DNA of 64,000 nt, taken from assembly GCA_965215885.1 (NCBI GenBank), contig CBDCEW010000086.1:20579-84578 (forward strand). The letters are read 5' to 3'. Positions within the stretch are counted from its first letter, which is position 1; every line of letters begins with the position of its first letter. The notes beneath the pieces are model-generated. The model made no database searches, had not been told where the DNA came from, and was given only the letters and a program-made list of their open reading frames with translations. Shown here one piece after another: positions 29,934 to 41,233 of the stretch. Source of the stretch: Candidatus Moanibacter sp. (GTDB lineage Bacteria; Verrucomicrobiota; Verrucomicrobiia; Opitutales; UBA2987). Both the position numbers and the translations under genes were made by a program.

Positions 29934-30090
29934 TCATGCAGCGGCACGAGATCGCTGTATCGAGCGTTGCACGACCCACGCAATGAGCGCCTCCCTGTCA
30001 CTTTCCATTTCCCAGACCTTGTTCAGCACCTCCGCAGGGTGAATGTCGTGCTCCTTGAGGAACTGTCGATCCAGAGGGCAGGGGTAGCTA
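29934..30090 (-). pseudogene. C-terminal fragment of a DUF5069-like paralog
   Basis: YPCPLDRQFLKEHDIHPAE aligns to YSCGADRRFLKQFDIHPAE of 30544-31080. Confidence 0.6.
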
Positions 30091-30498
30091 AACTTGAACC
30101 GTTTCCTCCCGATCCCCGGCGATGTAGCGGAAGACATCGACCGCGTCGATGAAGAGAGATTCTGCGTTGAGAACCATAAGTGCAGGGATCCAGATACCGA
30201 AGAAATCAGTTGGCGGAATTTGACTGAGACGCGTCCAGAGAAAGATTAGGAGGGGAACCCAGAATATATGTCCGAGGCCGAGAAGGCGCGTAAATCCGGA
30301 GGTTGCTGTTAGTATGGTCATCAACAACATGCTGGCCATCACCGCGGTTAACACCATCCGCGCTTCGACACGATCGAGGAAGAAGAGTGGAGTAATCATG
30401 TTTGCCGCGACCAGAAGCATCGTCCATACCTTCCAGTGCGCCGGCATCTTCATCATGCCCCGGTTGAATTTGAGGAATGCATTGAGTAGGTTTTTCAT
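30088..30498 (-). CDS. Small multi-pass membrane protein
   Basis: Four hydrophobic segments; TRLLGLGH motif. Confidence 0.7.
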   Translation of the reverse strand: MKNLLNAFLKFNRGMMKMPAHWKVWTMLLVAANMITPLFFLDRVEARMVLTAVMASMLLMTILTATSGFTRLLGLGHIFWVPLLIFLWTRLSQIPPTDFFGIWIPALMVLNAESLFIDAVDVFRYIAGDREETVQV

Positions 30499-30543
30499 TA
30501 TTGATATGTGTTGTGTGTCTTATCGTTCCGATGAATTGGATAT

Positions 30544-31080
30544 CTATGCCGCTTTACGATCGCCGGCTCGACTGATGACCCAATCGACGATGGCACCTTC
30601 GTTCTCCTCGTTGTGCCACAGTTGGCGAAGGAATTCCGCGGGGTGGATGTCAAACTGCTTAAGGAATCTTCGATCAGCGCCGCAGCTATACATGACATCC
30701 GAGTGCAGCTCGCCGTGAAGCTTTGCCTTCGCCTTTTCAATGATGCGGAGGAGCCATGGCAATCCCAATACTTCGGAGTTTCCTGCAGGGAGCTCGTTCG
30801 GGTCGATCGTTTTCCTGGTAGACTTGCCGTTCTGAACGTCAAGGAAGTAGCTCCGGCGAATATCATGCACCAAAGCAAATGTGGTAAAGTCCGGCTCCCC
30901 AGAGGTGACATAATCTTCCGCGAAATCGAAGACTTCCTGGTCGGTCGCACCGATTGAGCGAATGAATTCGGATTCTTCCGTGTCAAAATAGGAGGAAACG
31001 TCGAGATTTCCCCCTCCATACTGCTCGACGGCTTTCTCCCAGATTGCGTGTAGGTTTTTCTGATAGTCGTAATTCTTCAT
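30544..31080 (-). CDS. DUF5069 domain protein
   Basis: WLLRIIEKAKAKLHGEL..DVMYSCGADRRFL. Confidence 0.8.
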   Translation of the reverse strand: MKNYDYQKNLHAIWEKAVEQYGGGNLDVSSYFDTEESEFIRSIGATDQEVFDFAEDYVTSGEPDFTTFALVHDIRRSYFLDVQNGKSTRKTIDPNELPAGNSEVLGLPWLLRIIEKAKAKLHGELHSDVMYSCGADRRFLKQFDIHPAEFLRQLWHNEENEGAIVDWVISRAGDRKAA

Positions 31081-32094
31081 ATTTATTTCCTCAAGAAAGA
31101 TTATCTTGTATACGTTTGTTATATAGGTCGAACGAGTTTTCTATTCCTTACAAAAGGGTCGCTCACTCCTCTTGTTGATTTTGCATTTCGTGTTTAAGCG
31201 GATAATTTCCGTTCTCACTTCAGATTCAAGCCGCCCGTTTATTTTCGGGAGTGCAACCGCATTCGAAATTTTCCCGGACTTGCCGGACCTCGGAAAGCCT
31301 TGGAAGCCTTCGCAGATTGTCGACCTCGGTAGAAAACCACTCTCCAAAAATGAGGAGTGTTTCGGGTTCCAGGGGCAACCCAACCCTTTGCAGCAACATC
31401 ATCTGAACGAGATTCCACCTTTTCAGGTCGATCATCTTCATGCTTTGTGCAGTCATTTCTTGGGTCTTCCTTTTTCCGTGAAAGTTCATTCACAGGTAAC
31501 AGTATCTGTGCCAGTTCATACGAAAGTCCTTAATTGCTTTAGATCAATAGATTACAATTTTTGTGATGATACCTGTGGGGTAGGGGAGGCGCGGAAATTC
31601 GTGCGTGGCACGGTGGTCCGTGATTGACGGGGACTTCCAGGCTAAAAACTCAGCAGTACTTCTCGTCGAAAACATTTTCCCATGAGGTTATTTGTGCGCC
31701 CTCACGGCGCGTGTACTTTCTTTAATTTCGTCGTGGACGAACAAGTCCTCGTACTCGTGTATCATTCTCGTTATCAAAAAGAGGGATGTCCGCTAAACAC
31801 GCGAAAAAGCGCGAAAGCGGTCTGTGGTCTGTAGTCCGTTGCCCCTGGCGAACGGAAGAGTGAACAAGGATGAAGCCCAGCTTGTTAATACTCTCTTTTT
31901 ACTGAGAGGGTAGGAAGCTCGCTCGTTGCAGACCCTGAGCACGTCGAAGGCCGAGCGATTTAGGAGAGGGTTGTTTGTGGCCAATACGATGTGCCTGTTG
32001 ATTTGCAGTAGCATGGAAACCTAACAATCCCCGGGGCAAGCCCGAGGGATTCGTTCACGCGATCAGCCAATTTCGAGGGCGATAACGAGAACGA

Positions 32095-32562
32095 TTACGA
32101 GGACGGTATCTGATCCGCCTCACAGGAGGGGCAGATCTCAAGCTCCTCAATCTCGGCTTTAGTGTACCGCGGGTTGATATGCTGGGGGCAGTTACCATCC
32201 CAGGCCTCGATGTGGAAGATGAAAGCGCGCTCCGGTTTTCCGCTGTAATTGGGATCGGCCAGTTTATCCAGAAGCACGGGGTCGTTCTCGATCACTTCGG
32301 CAGTTCCCCAGACCTTGATGCGAGCGCGATTTGCGTAGTCCATCAGGAAGATGAAGGCTTTGCTATTCTCCGCCAGATTTCCGAATGAAACGTACTGGCG
32401 ATTGCCTGTGAAATCGGCGAAACCCAAGGTACGGTCGTCGAGAATTTTGAGAAAGCCATTGGGGCCGCCGCGATGCTGAATATAGGGTTGGCCGTCAGCG
32501 CTGGCGGTTCCCAGGTAGAAGGAGTCGCGCTGAGCGATAAAATCCGCCAGCCTGGAAGTCAC
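32095..32562 (-). pseudogene. Pyridoxamine 5'-phosphate oxidase-family protein, 5'-truncated next to IS4 end
   Basis: PYIQHRGG, FADFTGNRQY, NCPQHI; IS end directly upstream. Confidence 0.75.
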
Positions 32563-32574
32563 GCGATCTGACCC

Positions 32575-33901
32575 GAATGGCGCTAAGATAAGCCCGATTA
32601 ACGACGATTTTTGCCTTTGTTTCTGCGCGAGCGCGAGACTTTCATTTTCCCTCGCGGCTTCGTTAGTAATTGGTAAGGTTTCGGTCTTCGTTTGACCGCT
32701 CGTGGTTCGCTGCGGTGTTCTCGTAGTGGAACAGTCTCCTCGGCAATAATCAGAACCATCTCGTCAATGATGCGTTGTTGCTTTCGAGGTTGCTTGCGGG
32801 TGGCGTTCAGAGCGGTGCAGTACTGCCGAACGGTGTCGACCGTGCTCTTGAAGCTGAGCCGATGCAGGTCACGCTGATAGAGGGTGGCGGCGTGTTGCAT
32901 GAGGGCGCGGATGAGATTATAGGCGATAAAGAACAGCTGGATTTCCTTACGCACCATTTCGGGAGTAAGGCAGCGTACCGTTTCCATCTTCATAGTCGTT
33001 TTAATGTCGCGAAAAAACAGTTCCACTGACCAGCGGCGGAAGTAGAGATCGGCCAGATCCTCTACGGTGTATTGGAGGGGGTCGGTAAAGGTGGTCACAA
33101 GATCGATCTTTCGGGTACGGAATCCTTTGATCTGAACGAAGAAACGCACCATTCGCAGAGTCAGTTCGGCCGGTAATTGAGCCCATTCTTCCGGGCTGAA
33201 CCCGTGCTGTCTCTGCGGTTTTTTCCAGGTCACCAGCCGATCGTATCGGCCCAGTGTTTGGCCGCTACGGAAGTCGCATTTGCGCCTTTGGTGCAGGCGC
33301 ATGACCGCGTCCATTTGATGGTTTAGAAGCAGCCCCAGATTGGCATAAGAGCAATAACCGCGGTCGCACAGAACCACCTCTGCTTTTTTCAAATACCCAA
33401 CGAATTTGCGCAAAATGCCGCTTTCATGGTTTTTTAAGGTGGTCTCGACACAGTGCAGCAAGGCCCCGCTGGCCAAACAGAAACAGCCCACCAGAAGCAT
33501 GACGGGAAATCCGCACCCCTCTTTCTGCCCCCCGGGTTGGGGAAAGGCCCTCTGGTTCTGCTCGGTATCGGGCATACTGATCCCAGTACCGTCTATCACT
33601 CTGACCTCGTGCCCCTTCCACCGCTGCGCTTGCCTTACCTCCTTGTGTATCTGCTCGCTGACCTCTTCACCGATCTTTTGTAAGTCCTCTATACCTATGC
33701 GCTGACGTGCCTGGCAATAGGCCGAGGTGGAGGAACTGGGCAGGTTCAACTCCCGCTCACTACAGTAGCTCTGCACCTTTCTGACGACCTCCCGGCAGGC
33801 TGTCTGCGGGGAGAGCACCTGGAACAGAAAGCCCCAGAAGGTCGTTCTGAGTGAGTAGACTCGTTCCCGGCTGTTTTCTTTTTCGCTCTTGGGTTGCAAA
33901 A
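32575..33901 (-). mobile_element. IS4-family element, 5' part removed at ISAs1 junction (transposase 32598-33899)
   Basis: IDGT, CDRGY, YFRRWSVELFFRDIK; end-like GAATGGCGCTAAG at 32575. Confidence 0.85.
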
Positions 33902-35794
33902 CAGGGTAAAAGGATTCCAGGAAGCAACTAGCTGATAAGCAAGAAGATAAAAAAAGAGCTAAACAAACCCGAGGGAATCAGTCATGTTAAGATGGGATGA
34001 AAGACAAAAAATCTTACCAACTGAATCCTTCGATAGATCGTTTAACTCTGCGTCTGGTCCTGCCCGAAGAGCAGGAGCGATTCAATGATCTATTGAAACA
34101 ACATCATTATTTACACAGTGCGGGCAGCGCAGGAGAGACCCTGCGCTATGTGGCGCAGATCGACGGGCAATGGATGGGCCTGCTCTTGTGGGGGGCCGCA
34201 TCCTACCGGCTGAAGGATCGAGACGAATGGATCGGGTGGGACGGGGCGCAACGGCATGCACGATTGAAACTGGTAGTACAGAACCGGCGTTTTCTGATTT
34301 TGCCCGGGGTGGATCTTGCAAATTTGGCCTCCAAGACGTTGGGTATGTGCCTGAGAGTCTTAGCCGATCACTGGCAGGAGGCTTTTGGCTATCGTCCCTT
34401 AGTAGCGGAAACGTTCGTGGACCCACAGATTCACCGGGGCACTTGCTACGAAGCGAGCGGGTGGACGCCCTTGGGCTTGAGCGCGGGATATGGCCGCCAA
34501 CGCGAAGATTTCTATCAACGCCATGAGCGTCCCAAGCAGATCTGGGTCAAACCCCTCAAGGCTAATGCCCTTGAGCTTTTGCGCGCTTCAGGGCCATTGC
34601 CCGCGGCACAGAGCCAGGCGCTCAATGAAACCGATAACTCCCATGCGGTCTGCCTCAAAGTGGAACAGATGAGCAGCCTGTGGGAACGCTTCAATCAGAT
34701 AGAAGACTTCCGTCGTAAAGCGGGCCTTAGATATCGGCTCGCCACGGTCCTGAGCATGATTGTGCTCGGCACGATGTGCGGCAAACAGACCCTCAAGGGC
34801 ATCGTGCGCCTGGCCCATCATCTCAATCAAGCCCAATTGCGCGCCTTACGCTCCTGGAAAACCCCAAAACAGGCCGCTATAAGGCCCCTTGCTATGATGT
34901 CTTCTATCGGGTCTTGCAAAACGTAAAGGCCGAGCTCTTCGATAAAACCCTCACCGAATTCATCTGCTTACAAGACGGCTGTTTGCCCCGCGATATTGCC
35001 GTCGACGGCAAGACCCTCAAAGGCACAAACACCGAAGAATCAAAGGCTCTGCACCTGGTGGCCGCAGTCGATCACCAAAGCGCTCAAACCTTAGCCCAAG
35101 TCGCTACCGCCGATAAATCCAACGAGATCACCGCCGCCCAGACTCTCTTGCGAAAGATGCCCATTTTGGACGGCTCCACCTTCACCTTCGACGCCATGCA
35201 TAATCAAAAAGAAACTGCCCACATCGTCGTCGAAGAACTCAGTGCTGACTATGTTATTCAAATTAAAGACAATCAGCCCAACATGCATCAATACGCTCAG
35301 AATCTCTTCAGCTCCACCCCCTTTTTCTCCACCAAACCGTGGACAATGACCATGGGCGACTCGAAATACGTCAAATAGCAACCCATTCTCTAAGCGCTCC
35401 CTCTGCCGGCCTGCCCCATGCCCGCCAGTTCGCCTGTGTGCAACGCACCTTCCATTATCCAAACAAAGCTGAACCTTCCTCTGAACGCTCTTACTACGTA
35501 AGCAGTCTCGATCCCGCCGATTTGAGCCCTCAACAGTTCCTCTCGAAAATTCGCAACCATTGGGCGATCGAAAATAAAAATCATTACCCCAGGGATCGCT
35601 TCTTCGATGAAGATCGATGTATGATCCGTAATCATAACGCAGCCAGAATTCTTGCTGCATGCAGGCAACTGGTTCTCAGCCTCAAGTCTTCCATGGGCGC
35701 TGAATCCACTCCCGCACTCTGTGATGATTTCGTCTTTAACTTACATAAGGCCATCAATATCATCACCTAATGCTCCGAGAATCAAAATACCGTG
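33902..35794 (+). mobile_element. ISAs1-family element with N-terminal DUF4338 (DruA-like) domain; coding 33997-35770 in three frames
   Basis: Imperfect TIRs CAGGGTAAAAGGATTCC / CACGGTATTTTGATTCT; AVDGKTL, KSNEI, FDAMH, IKDNQ, RNHWAIEN; HHYL...ETFVD...GTCY.ASGW. Confidence 0.88.
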
Positions 35795-35991
35795 TATTGT
35801 AAGTAATCATTATTTTTTCTCTTTTTGTTTTTACTCTTAATTCTCCCATCTACTAACAGGTTCTGTGCCAATTTCATGAAACCTCTTAAGTTGTTTACAA
35901 ACAGCCGCTTAAGGGTGTGTTGCCTTTTCTGGTCCACAATATTGGAGACGACATTCCGCCGGAAGCATGGTAAACCGCGCACCCTGAAACG

Positions 35992-36020
35992 AAAAAACCC
36001 CGGCTGAAACCGGGGTTTCT
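35992..36020 (-). terminator. Rho-independent terminator
   Basis: AAACCCCGG-TTTCAG-CCGGGGTTTTTT on minus strand, downstream of the stop at 36051. Confidence 0.75.
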
Positions 36021-36050
36021 GTTACTCCTAACGTTGAAGACCTATCTCAG

Positions 36051-36731
36051 TTACACCAGGAGCATTCTTAAGTTTCGCGCGCTTTTCGATTCGTCACCTT
36101 CGTCTATCGCACTCTGGACCGCAGCCACCGCGGTTTCCGAGTCCTTTAAGAAGAAGCTCAAAGCCGCAAGCATGAACCTGGAATCGACATCGCTGGAGTC
36201 ATCCCTGACGGTTTCCCGGTAAAGAGACGCTAAACGGCGCAGTTCAACTCTCAGGGCACGCCGGGTTGGAAAATCGCTCGCACCGGTGGGATCCAGTTCA
36301 AAAGCGTTCCTCATGGCAAACACTGCTTCTTCATGTTTCCCGCTTATGGCGGCTGTAAGGGCGAGGCCAACCCTTGGTAGTCCGCTCGTTGGCGACCTGG
36401 CTGCCAGTTTGGCGAATTTCCTCTTGGCGAGTTCAACATTGCCCTTGGCGAGATGCTTCCACGCACCACTGGATTTGCCAAAAGTGGCAGGTTCCAGGGA
36501 GTAATCCAAATAGGGCCCGTAATAGCCCCCATAGTACCCATGGCCATACCCGTGATACCCGTATCCGAATGCACTGTATGGGTAATAACCGTGGCCGTAG
36601 TGGCCGTAGCGGTGATGGCCATATCCGTAGTAACCGTGATAGCCGGCTTGAAGTTGGGTAGCAAAACCCAGTCCGACAATTGCCGCCAGGATAGCAATAC
36701 TCCTCTTCAGTTTGATTCTTTTGATTCGGGT
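36051..36731 (-). pseudogene. Secreted Gly/Tyr/His-rich + TPR-like protein lacking a usable start
   Basis: Frame open from 36731: KRIKLKRSIAILAAIVGLGFATQLQA-GYHGYYGYGHH... then TPR-like helices; in-frame ATG 36755 is blocked by TAA 36732-36734. Confidence 0.55.
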
Positions 36732-37055
36732 TTAATTCGTGTGTTTAATTTTCATGCCTCGGGGCTTGCCCCGAGGATCTTTTTTCTTTCCTTTCCTTAT
36801 TATGATTAACTATTGCAAATTACCTGAGATTCATAGCCGCCATGAGAGGTGGTCAGAATTCAAAATCCCGTTGCCACAACGCGCAGCCTGCTTCTCACTT
36901 CTAATCTACGTTCGTTGGACTAAGAGCGGAAACCTTACAGATTAATTCCCACGACGACTGATCCGTGGACGATTTAATCGCCTGTGCCTACTCCTGTTCC
37001 TCAGTCGCGGACGAATGGCCCTTCAGAAAAAAATCTCGTTTTTTCCATTTTTTTG

Positions 37056-37083
37056 TTGACCAATCGGTTCCTAAGAGTATAGT
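37056..37083 (+). promoter_or_regulatory. sigma70-type promoter and TetR operator 1
   Basis: TTGACC-16 bp-TATAGT; TTGACCAATCGGT motif. Confidence 0.6.
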
Positions 37084-37105
37084 GCTTGATGTTAACCGAC
37101 GAAAA

Positions 37106-37696
37106 ATGGCAAGACCGCGCGAATTTGATATCGACGAAGCACTGGAAACCGCCATGCAGGCATTCTGGGATCACGGCTATGAAGGGACATCGATGGCCGA
37201 TCTCGTCCAGGCAATGGGTCTCAAGAAGGGTAGCATCTACAAAGCGTTCGGTAATAAGCACGCCCTTTTCATGGCCGCACTCGAGCGTTACCTCAACCGG
37301 TATTCTGTAATGGTAAGTGAGGCCACCGCAAAGGCAGATTCCGCTATCGAAGCGCTTCAAAGTATTTTGTTTGAAATGACCCGAATGAGCCAATCCTCCG
37401 AGGTTCGACACGGCTGCTTCGCGCTTAACACCGTAGTAGAACTGGCTGCCCATGACGAGCAAGTCGAGGCATACATGGCAGAGGGCTATAAGCGCATGGA
37501 GCGCAAATTCACCGACCTCGTGCGCTGGGGGCAGGAGAGCGGCGATTTTCGAGATGATGAAGATGCCCGGGTCCTCGCTCGGTTTGTCTACATCTCTCTC
37601 GCAGGTCTCGCCGCCGCTAGTAAGGGATTCTACTCTCTCAGCGATATCGAAGAGATGGGTAGTTTCCTCATTCGCAATCTGCAGCCATCGCGCTGA
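37106..37696 (+). CDS. TetR/AcrR family regulator
   Basis: MARPREFD..FWDHGYEGTS..KGSIYKAFGNK; GC motif. Confidence 0.92.
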   Translation: MARPREFDIDEALETAMQAFWDHGYEGTSMADLVQAMGLKKGSIYKAFGNKHALFMAALERYLNRYSVMVSEATAKADSAIEALQSILFEMTRMSQSSEVRHGCFALNTVVELAAHDEQVEAYMAEGYKRMERKFTDLVRWGQESGDFRDDEDARVLARFVYISLAGLAAASKGFYSLSDIEEMGSFLIRNLQPSR

Positions 37697-37713
37697 GTTT
37701 TTTTGGCCCATTC

Positions 37714-37772
37714 TTGACCATTCGGTAAATAACTAGTTCTTCATTTTGCTTTAATTGTTGACCAATCAGTAA
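37714..37772 (+). promoter_or_regulatory. Two further putative TetR operators
   Basis: TTGACCATTCGGT (37714) and TTGACCAATCAGT (37758). Confidence 0.6.
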
Positions 37773-37792
37773 CTAACTTAAGGAGAAGAGAG

Positions 37793-40189
37793 ATGAGAAA
37801 AACAGTATCACGAAGACGAGCAGCGCTGGCATCGGTTGATGCATTTGCGGTGAAGGTGGCAGAGGCAGTCATAGCGAAGCGCTGGCTGATAATTGGGGCG
37901 ACCGTGGCGCTGGCGGTTGTGACGGGAAGTGGGGCCCGTTTTCTCGAATTTGCGACGAACTACCGGGCGTTCTTTTCGGACGAGAACCCGGAGCTGGTCG
38001 CCTTTGAGACCTTCCAGAATACTTACACGAAGAATGACAACATTCTCTTTGTAGTACAACCGCGCGAGGGTGGCGTCTTCACAAATGAGGTGACGAGCGC
38101 GGTGGAGCAGCTCACGGCCGAGGCATGGAAGATTCCCTACGCCATACGGGTCGATTCGATCTCCAATTTCCAGCATACATGGTCTGAAGAAGACGACCTC
38201 ACGGTAGAGGATCTGATAGTCGACGGAGCAACTCTGAGCGAAGAGGATCTCAACAAGAAACGGGCGATCGCGCTGGCAGAGCCGCTCATTGCGAACAACC
38301 TTCTGTCGGCCGACGCTGCTACGACCGGCATCAACGTCGTCCTGCAGTATCCCGAGAAGAGTCTTGCCGAAGTCCCCGAGGCGGCGGCCAAGGCGCGCCA
38401 GATCAAGACAGAAGTCGAATCGAACTATCCGGACCTGACGATCGCCATTACTGGGGTCTCGATGCTGAACAACACCTTTGCGGAGTCCGGAATACGCGAC
38501 ATGAGCACCCTCGTGCCTGTTATGTATTTTACTCTGCTAATTGTAATGATACTTTCGCTGCGCACGCTTAGCGGGACGTTTGCGACCCTTGGGGGCATCA
38601 TGCTCTCGACGATCACAGCGATGGGAGTGGGAGGATTCCTCGCCATCGAGTTGACGCCGATCTCGATGACGGCGCCAACCGTAATTCTGACACTCGCAAT
38701 TGCGGACAGTGTGCACATCCTTATCTCTCTACGTTCAGCGATGAAGGAGGGACGGGACAAGGTCAGCGCGATCGTCGAAGCGATGCGGATCAATTTCCTG
38801 CCGGTCTCGATTACGAGTGTGACAACCATAGTCGGTTTCCTGGCTCTCAACTTTTCCGATTCGCCTCCGTTCAATCATCTCGGGAACATTACGGCGGTGG
38901 GCATCGGGGCCGCTTGGATTTATTCCGTCACATTCCTCCCTGCCCTCATGAGCCTGCTCCCCGTGAAATTCAAAGCGGCATCGGCCGAAACTACCCAGCG
39001 GGCGACTCCAATGGAGAGGATCGCCAATTTCGCTATTCTGCGGTACCGCGGGATTCTCCTCGGCATGGGGACCCTGGCGGTGGCACTATCGATTCTCGCT
39101 CCGACCAACGATCTGAATGACGAATGGACGAAGTACTTCAGCAAGAGCGTCACCTTTCGCCAGCACACCGATTTCGCGCTTGAGCATCTCGGAGGCCTAT
39201 ATCCGATCGAATTTTCGGTGGGCACGGAAGGACCGGGCGGGGTGAGTGAGCCTGAGTTTCTCGCCTATCTCGAGGAATTCACGGCGTGGTTGCGGGAGCA
39301 ACCCGATGTCACCCATGTGTATAGTCTGACCGACATCATGAAGCGGTTGAACATGAACATGCATGGCGATGATGGAAGCTACTACCGAATACCCGGTGAG
39401 CGCGAACTCGCTGCCCAGTACCTTCTGCTCTACGAGCTGTCGCTCCCCTACGGGCTCGATCTGAACGATCGCATTAGTATCGACAAGTCGGCCACGCGGG
39501 TGACGGCAACCCTGGGAGACGTCTCGACGGTGGAGACGCGAGTCTTTGTTGATCGGGCCGAGCGGTGGCTCCGAGATCACACCCCTGAGTATATGTGGAC
39601 GAAGCCTACCGGCGCCTCCGTCATGTTCTCCTACATCGCGAAGCGCAATATCGACAGTATGCTCCGTGGAAACCTCTTAGTCGTCGTGATCATTTCGGCG
39701 ATCATGATCGTAGCCCTGCGGAGCGTAAGGCTGGGGCTTCTCAGTCTAATTCCGAACGTCGTCCCGATATTGATGACGTTCGGTTCCTGGGCGGTCCTCG
39801 TGGGAATGGTGGGGATGGCAGCGGCGACCGTAACCGCTACCTCGATCGGGATCATCGTCGATGACACGGTTCACTTTTTAACAAAGTATATCCGCGGAAT
39901 CCGTGAAAAAGGCCTCGATGTCCCTGATGCGATTCGCTATGCCTTTCGCACGGTCGGCACCGCCATGGCGGTCAATTCGGTCATACTAGCTTTCGGGTTT
40001 TCGGTCCTCGCATTTTCGACCTTCAAGATCAACGCGGAGATGGGTCTCCTGACCGCCCTGGCCGTCATCTTCGCCCTCATATTCGACTTTCTTCTGTTGC
40101 CGGCGCTTCTCATCGCGGGCCACAGGATCAAACAAATCAAGTTAACGGAAAAAGGAGAGATATATCATGAACAACCTGAAATGGCATAA
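37793..40189 (+). CDS. MMPL/RND family transporter
   Basis: Two-repeat topology; IADSVH, GIIVDDTVHF. Confidence 0.9.
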   Translation: MRKTVSRRRAALASVDAFAVKVAEAVIAKRWLIIGATVALAVVTGSGARFLEFATNYRAFFSDENPELVAFETFQNTYTKNDNILFVVQPREGGVFTNEVTSAVEQLTAEAWKIPYAIRVDSISNFQHTWSEEDDLTVEDLIVDGATLSEEDLNKKRAIALAEPLIANNLLSADAATTGINVVLQYPEKSLAEVPEAAAKARQIKTEVESNYPDLTIAITGVSMLNNTFAESGIRDMSTLVPVMYFTLLIVMILSLRTLSGTFATLGGIMLSTITAMGVGGFLAIELTPISMTAPTVILTLAIADSVHILISLRSAMKEGRDKVSAIVEAMRINFLPVSITSVTTIVGFLALNFSDSPPFNHLGNITAVGIGAAWIYSVTFLPALMSLLPVKFKAASAETTQRATPMERIANFAILRYRGILLGMGTLAVALSILAPTNDLNDEWTKYFSKSVTFRQHTDFALEHLGGLYPIEFSVGTEGPGGVSEPEFLAYLEEFTAWLREQPDVTHVYSLTDIMKRLNMNMHGDDGSYYRIPGERELAAQYLLLYELSLPYGLDLNDRISIDKSATRVTATLGDVSTVETRVFVDRAERWLRDHTPEYMWTKPTGASVMFSYIAKRNIDSMLRGNLLVVVIISAIMIVALRSVRLGLLSLIPNVVPILMTFGSWAVLVGMVGMAAATVTATSIGIIVDDTVHFLTKYIRGIREKGLDVPDAIRYAFRTVGTAMAVNSVILAFGFSVLAFSTFKINAEMGLLTALAVIFALIFDFLLLPALLIAGHRIKQIKLTEKGEIYHEQPEMA

Positions 40190-40985
40190 ACAGAATAATC
40201 GGGCGTGGCTCTTGGCTGTCGCCCTCATAGCAATTGGTTTCGGAAGTCCCGCTTTGGCTCAAACAGCTGAAGAGAAGGGGTTCGAGATCGCGGCTCGCAG
40301 CGACCGATCCGATCGCGGATTCATAAACAGCGACGTAGAGCTTGAGATGATACTTTGCAACGCCGCCGGCCAGGAGTCGACGCGGAATCTTCGCCTAACC
40401 ACCCTCGAAGTGCCTGACGAAGACTTCGGTGACAAGAGCCTCGTTGTGTTTGACAGCCCGAGAGACATCGATGGTACCGCTTTACTCTCACACGCCAAGA
40501 TCCTCGATCCCGATGATCAGTGGCTCTTTTTGCCTGCCCTCAAGCGAGTGAAGCGAATCTCTTCGGCGAACAAGTCGGGCCCGTTCGTGGGGTCGGAGTT
40601 TGCATTTGAAGACTTCACGGCCCTCGAACTCAATAAGTACGCCTATCGGTATGTCGGTGAGGAAGATATCTCCGGCCTACGGGCCGACATCATCGAACGT
40701 TACCCTCAATATGCCAATTCCGGCTATACCAAGCAAGTCACGTGGATCGATCAGGAGGTGTTTCAGGTTCGACGGGTCGACTTCTATGATCGGCGCGGCG
40801 ATCTGCGCAAGACGCTTATCCTGGATGACTACCGTGATTACGACGGTATCTGGCGCGCCCATAAATTCTCCATGACTAATCATCAGACGGGGAAGAGCAC
40901 CGATCTCCTCTATGGAGAATACACCTTCAAGACTCGACTCAACGACAACGATTTCGTAAAAGGGATTCTCAGCCGAATTCGGTAA
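40167..40985 (+). CDS. Outer-membrane lipoprotein-sorting (LolA-like) protein
   Basis: DDQWLFLPALKRVKRI..FVGSEFAFED. Confidence 0.88.
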   Translation: MNNLKWHKQNNRAWLLAVALIAIGFGSPALAQTAEEKGFEIAARSDRSDRGFINSDVELEMILCNAAGQESTRNLRLTTLEVPDEDFGDKSLVVFDSPRDIDGTALLSHAKILDPDDQWLFLPALKRVKRISSANKSGPFVGSEFAFEDFTALELNKYAYRYVGEEDISGLRADIIERYPQYANSGYTKQVTWIDQEVFQVRRVDFYDRRGDLRKTLILDDYRDYDGIWRAHKFSMTNHQTGKSTDLLYGEYTFKTRLNDNDFVKGILSRIR

Positions 40986-41233
40986 GTGTGGGAATCACGG
41001 GAAAGCTTCGGCAAGGCAATCCTATGTATCTGAACAGTGTGATAGTGGAAGCCTTGGTTCGACTATATCAAGGTCGCTTTATTCCGGAGTGGTGTATAAA
41101 TACGAGGCAAAGACGCTGCTTCAGGCTTCGCTCATTTTCGGCCGCGAGCGGCCTTCCTACGGCAGATCCCACCATTTGTAGGAAGCTCGCTTGCGAGCGA
41201 AAGTCTTTTTCTCCTGGCAACCCATTTCGGGTC

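Noticed and set aside
31141..32014. Short ORFs and an 11-bp imperfect inverted repeat (31491-31577)
   Set aside because: No recognisable motifs; support too weak for a gene or MITE call
33997..34926. Druantia anti-phage system
   Set aside because: The DUF4338-like domain lies inside ISAs1 ends and no DruE-type helicase is present
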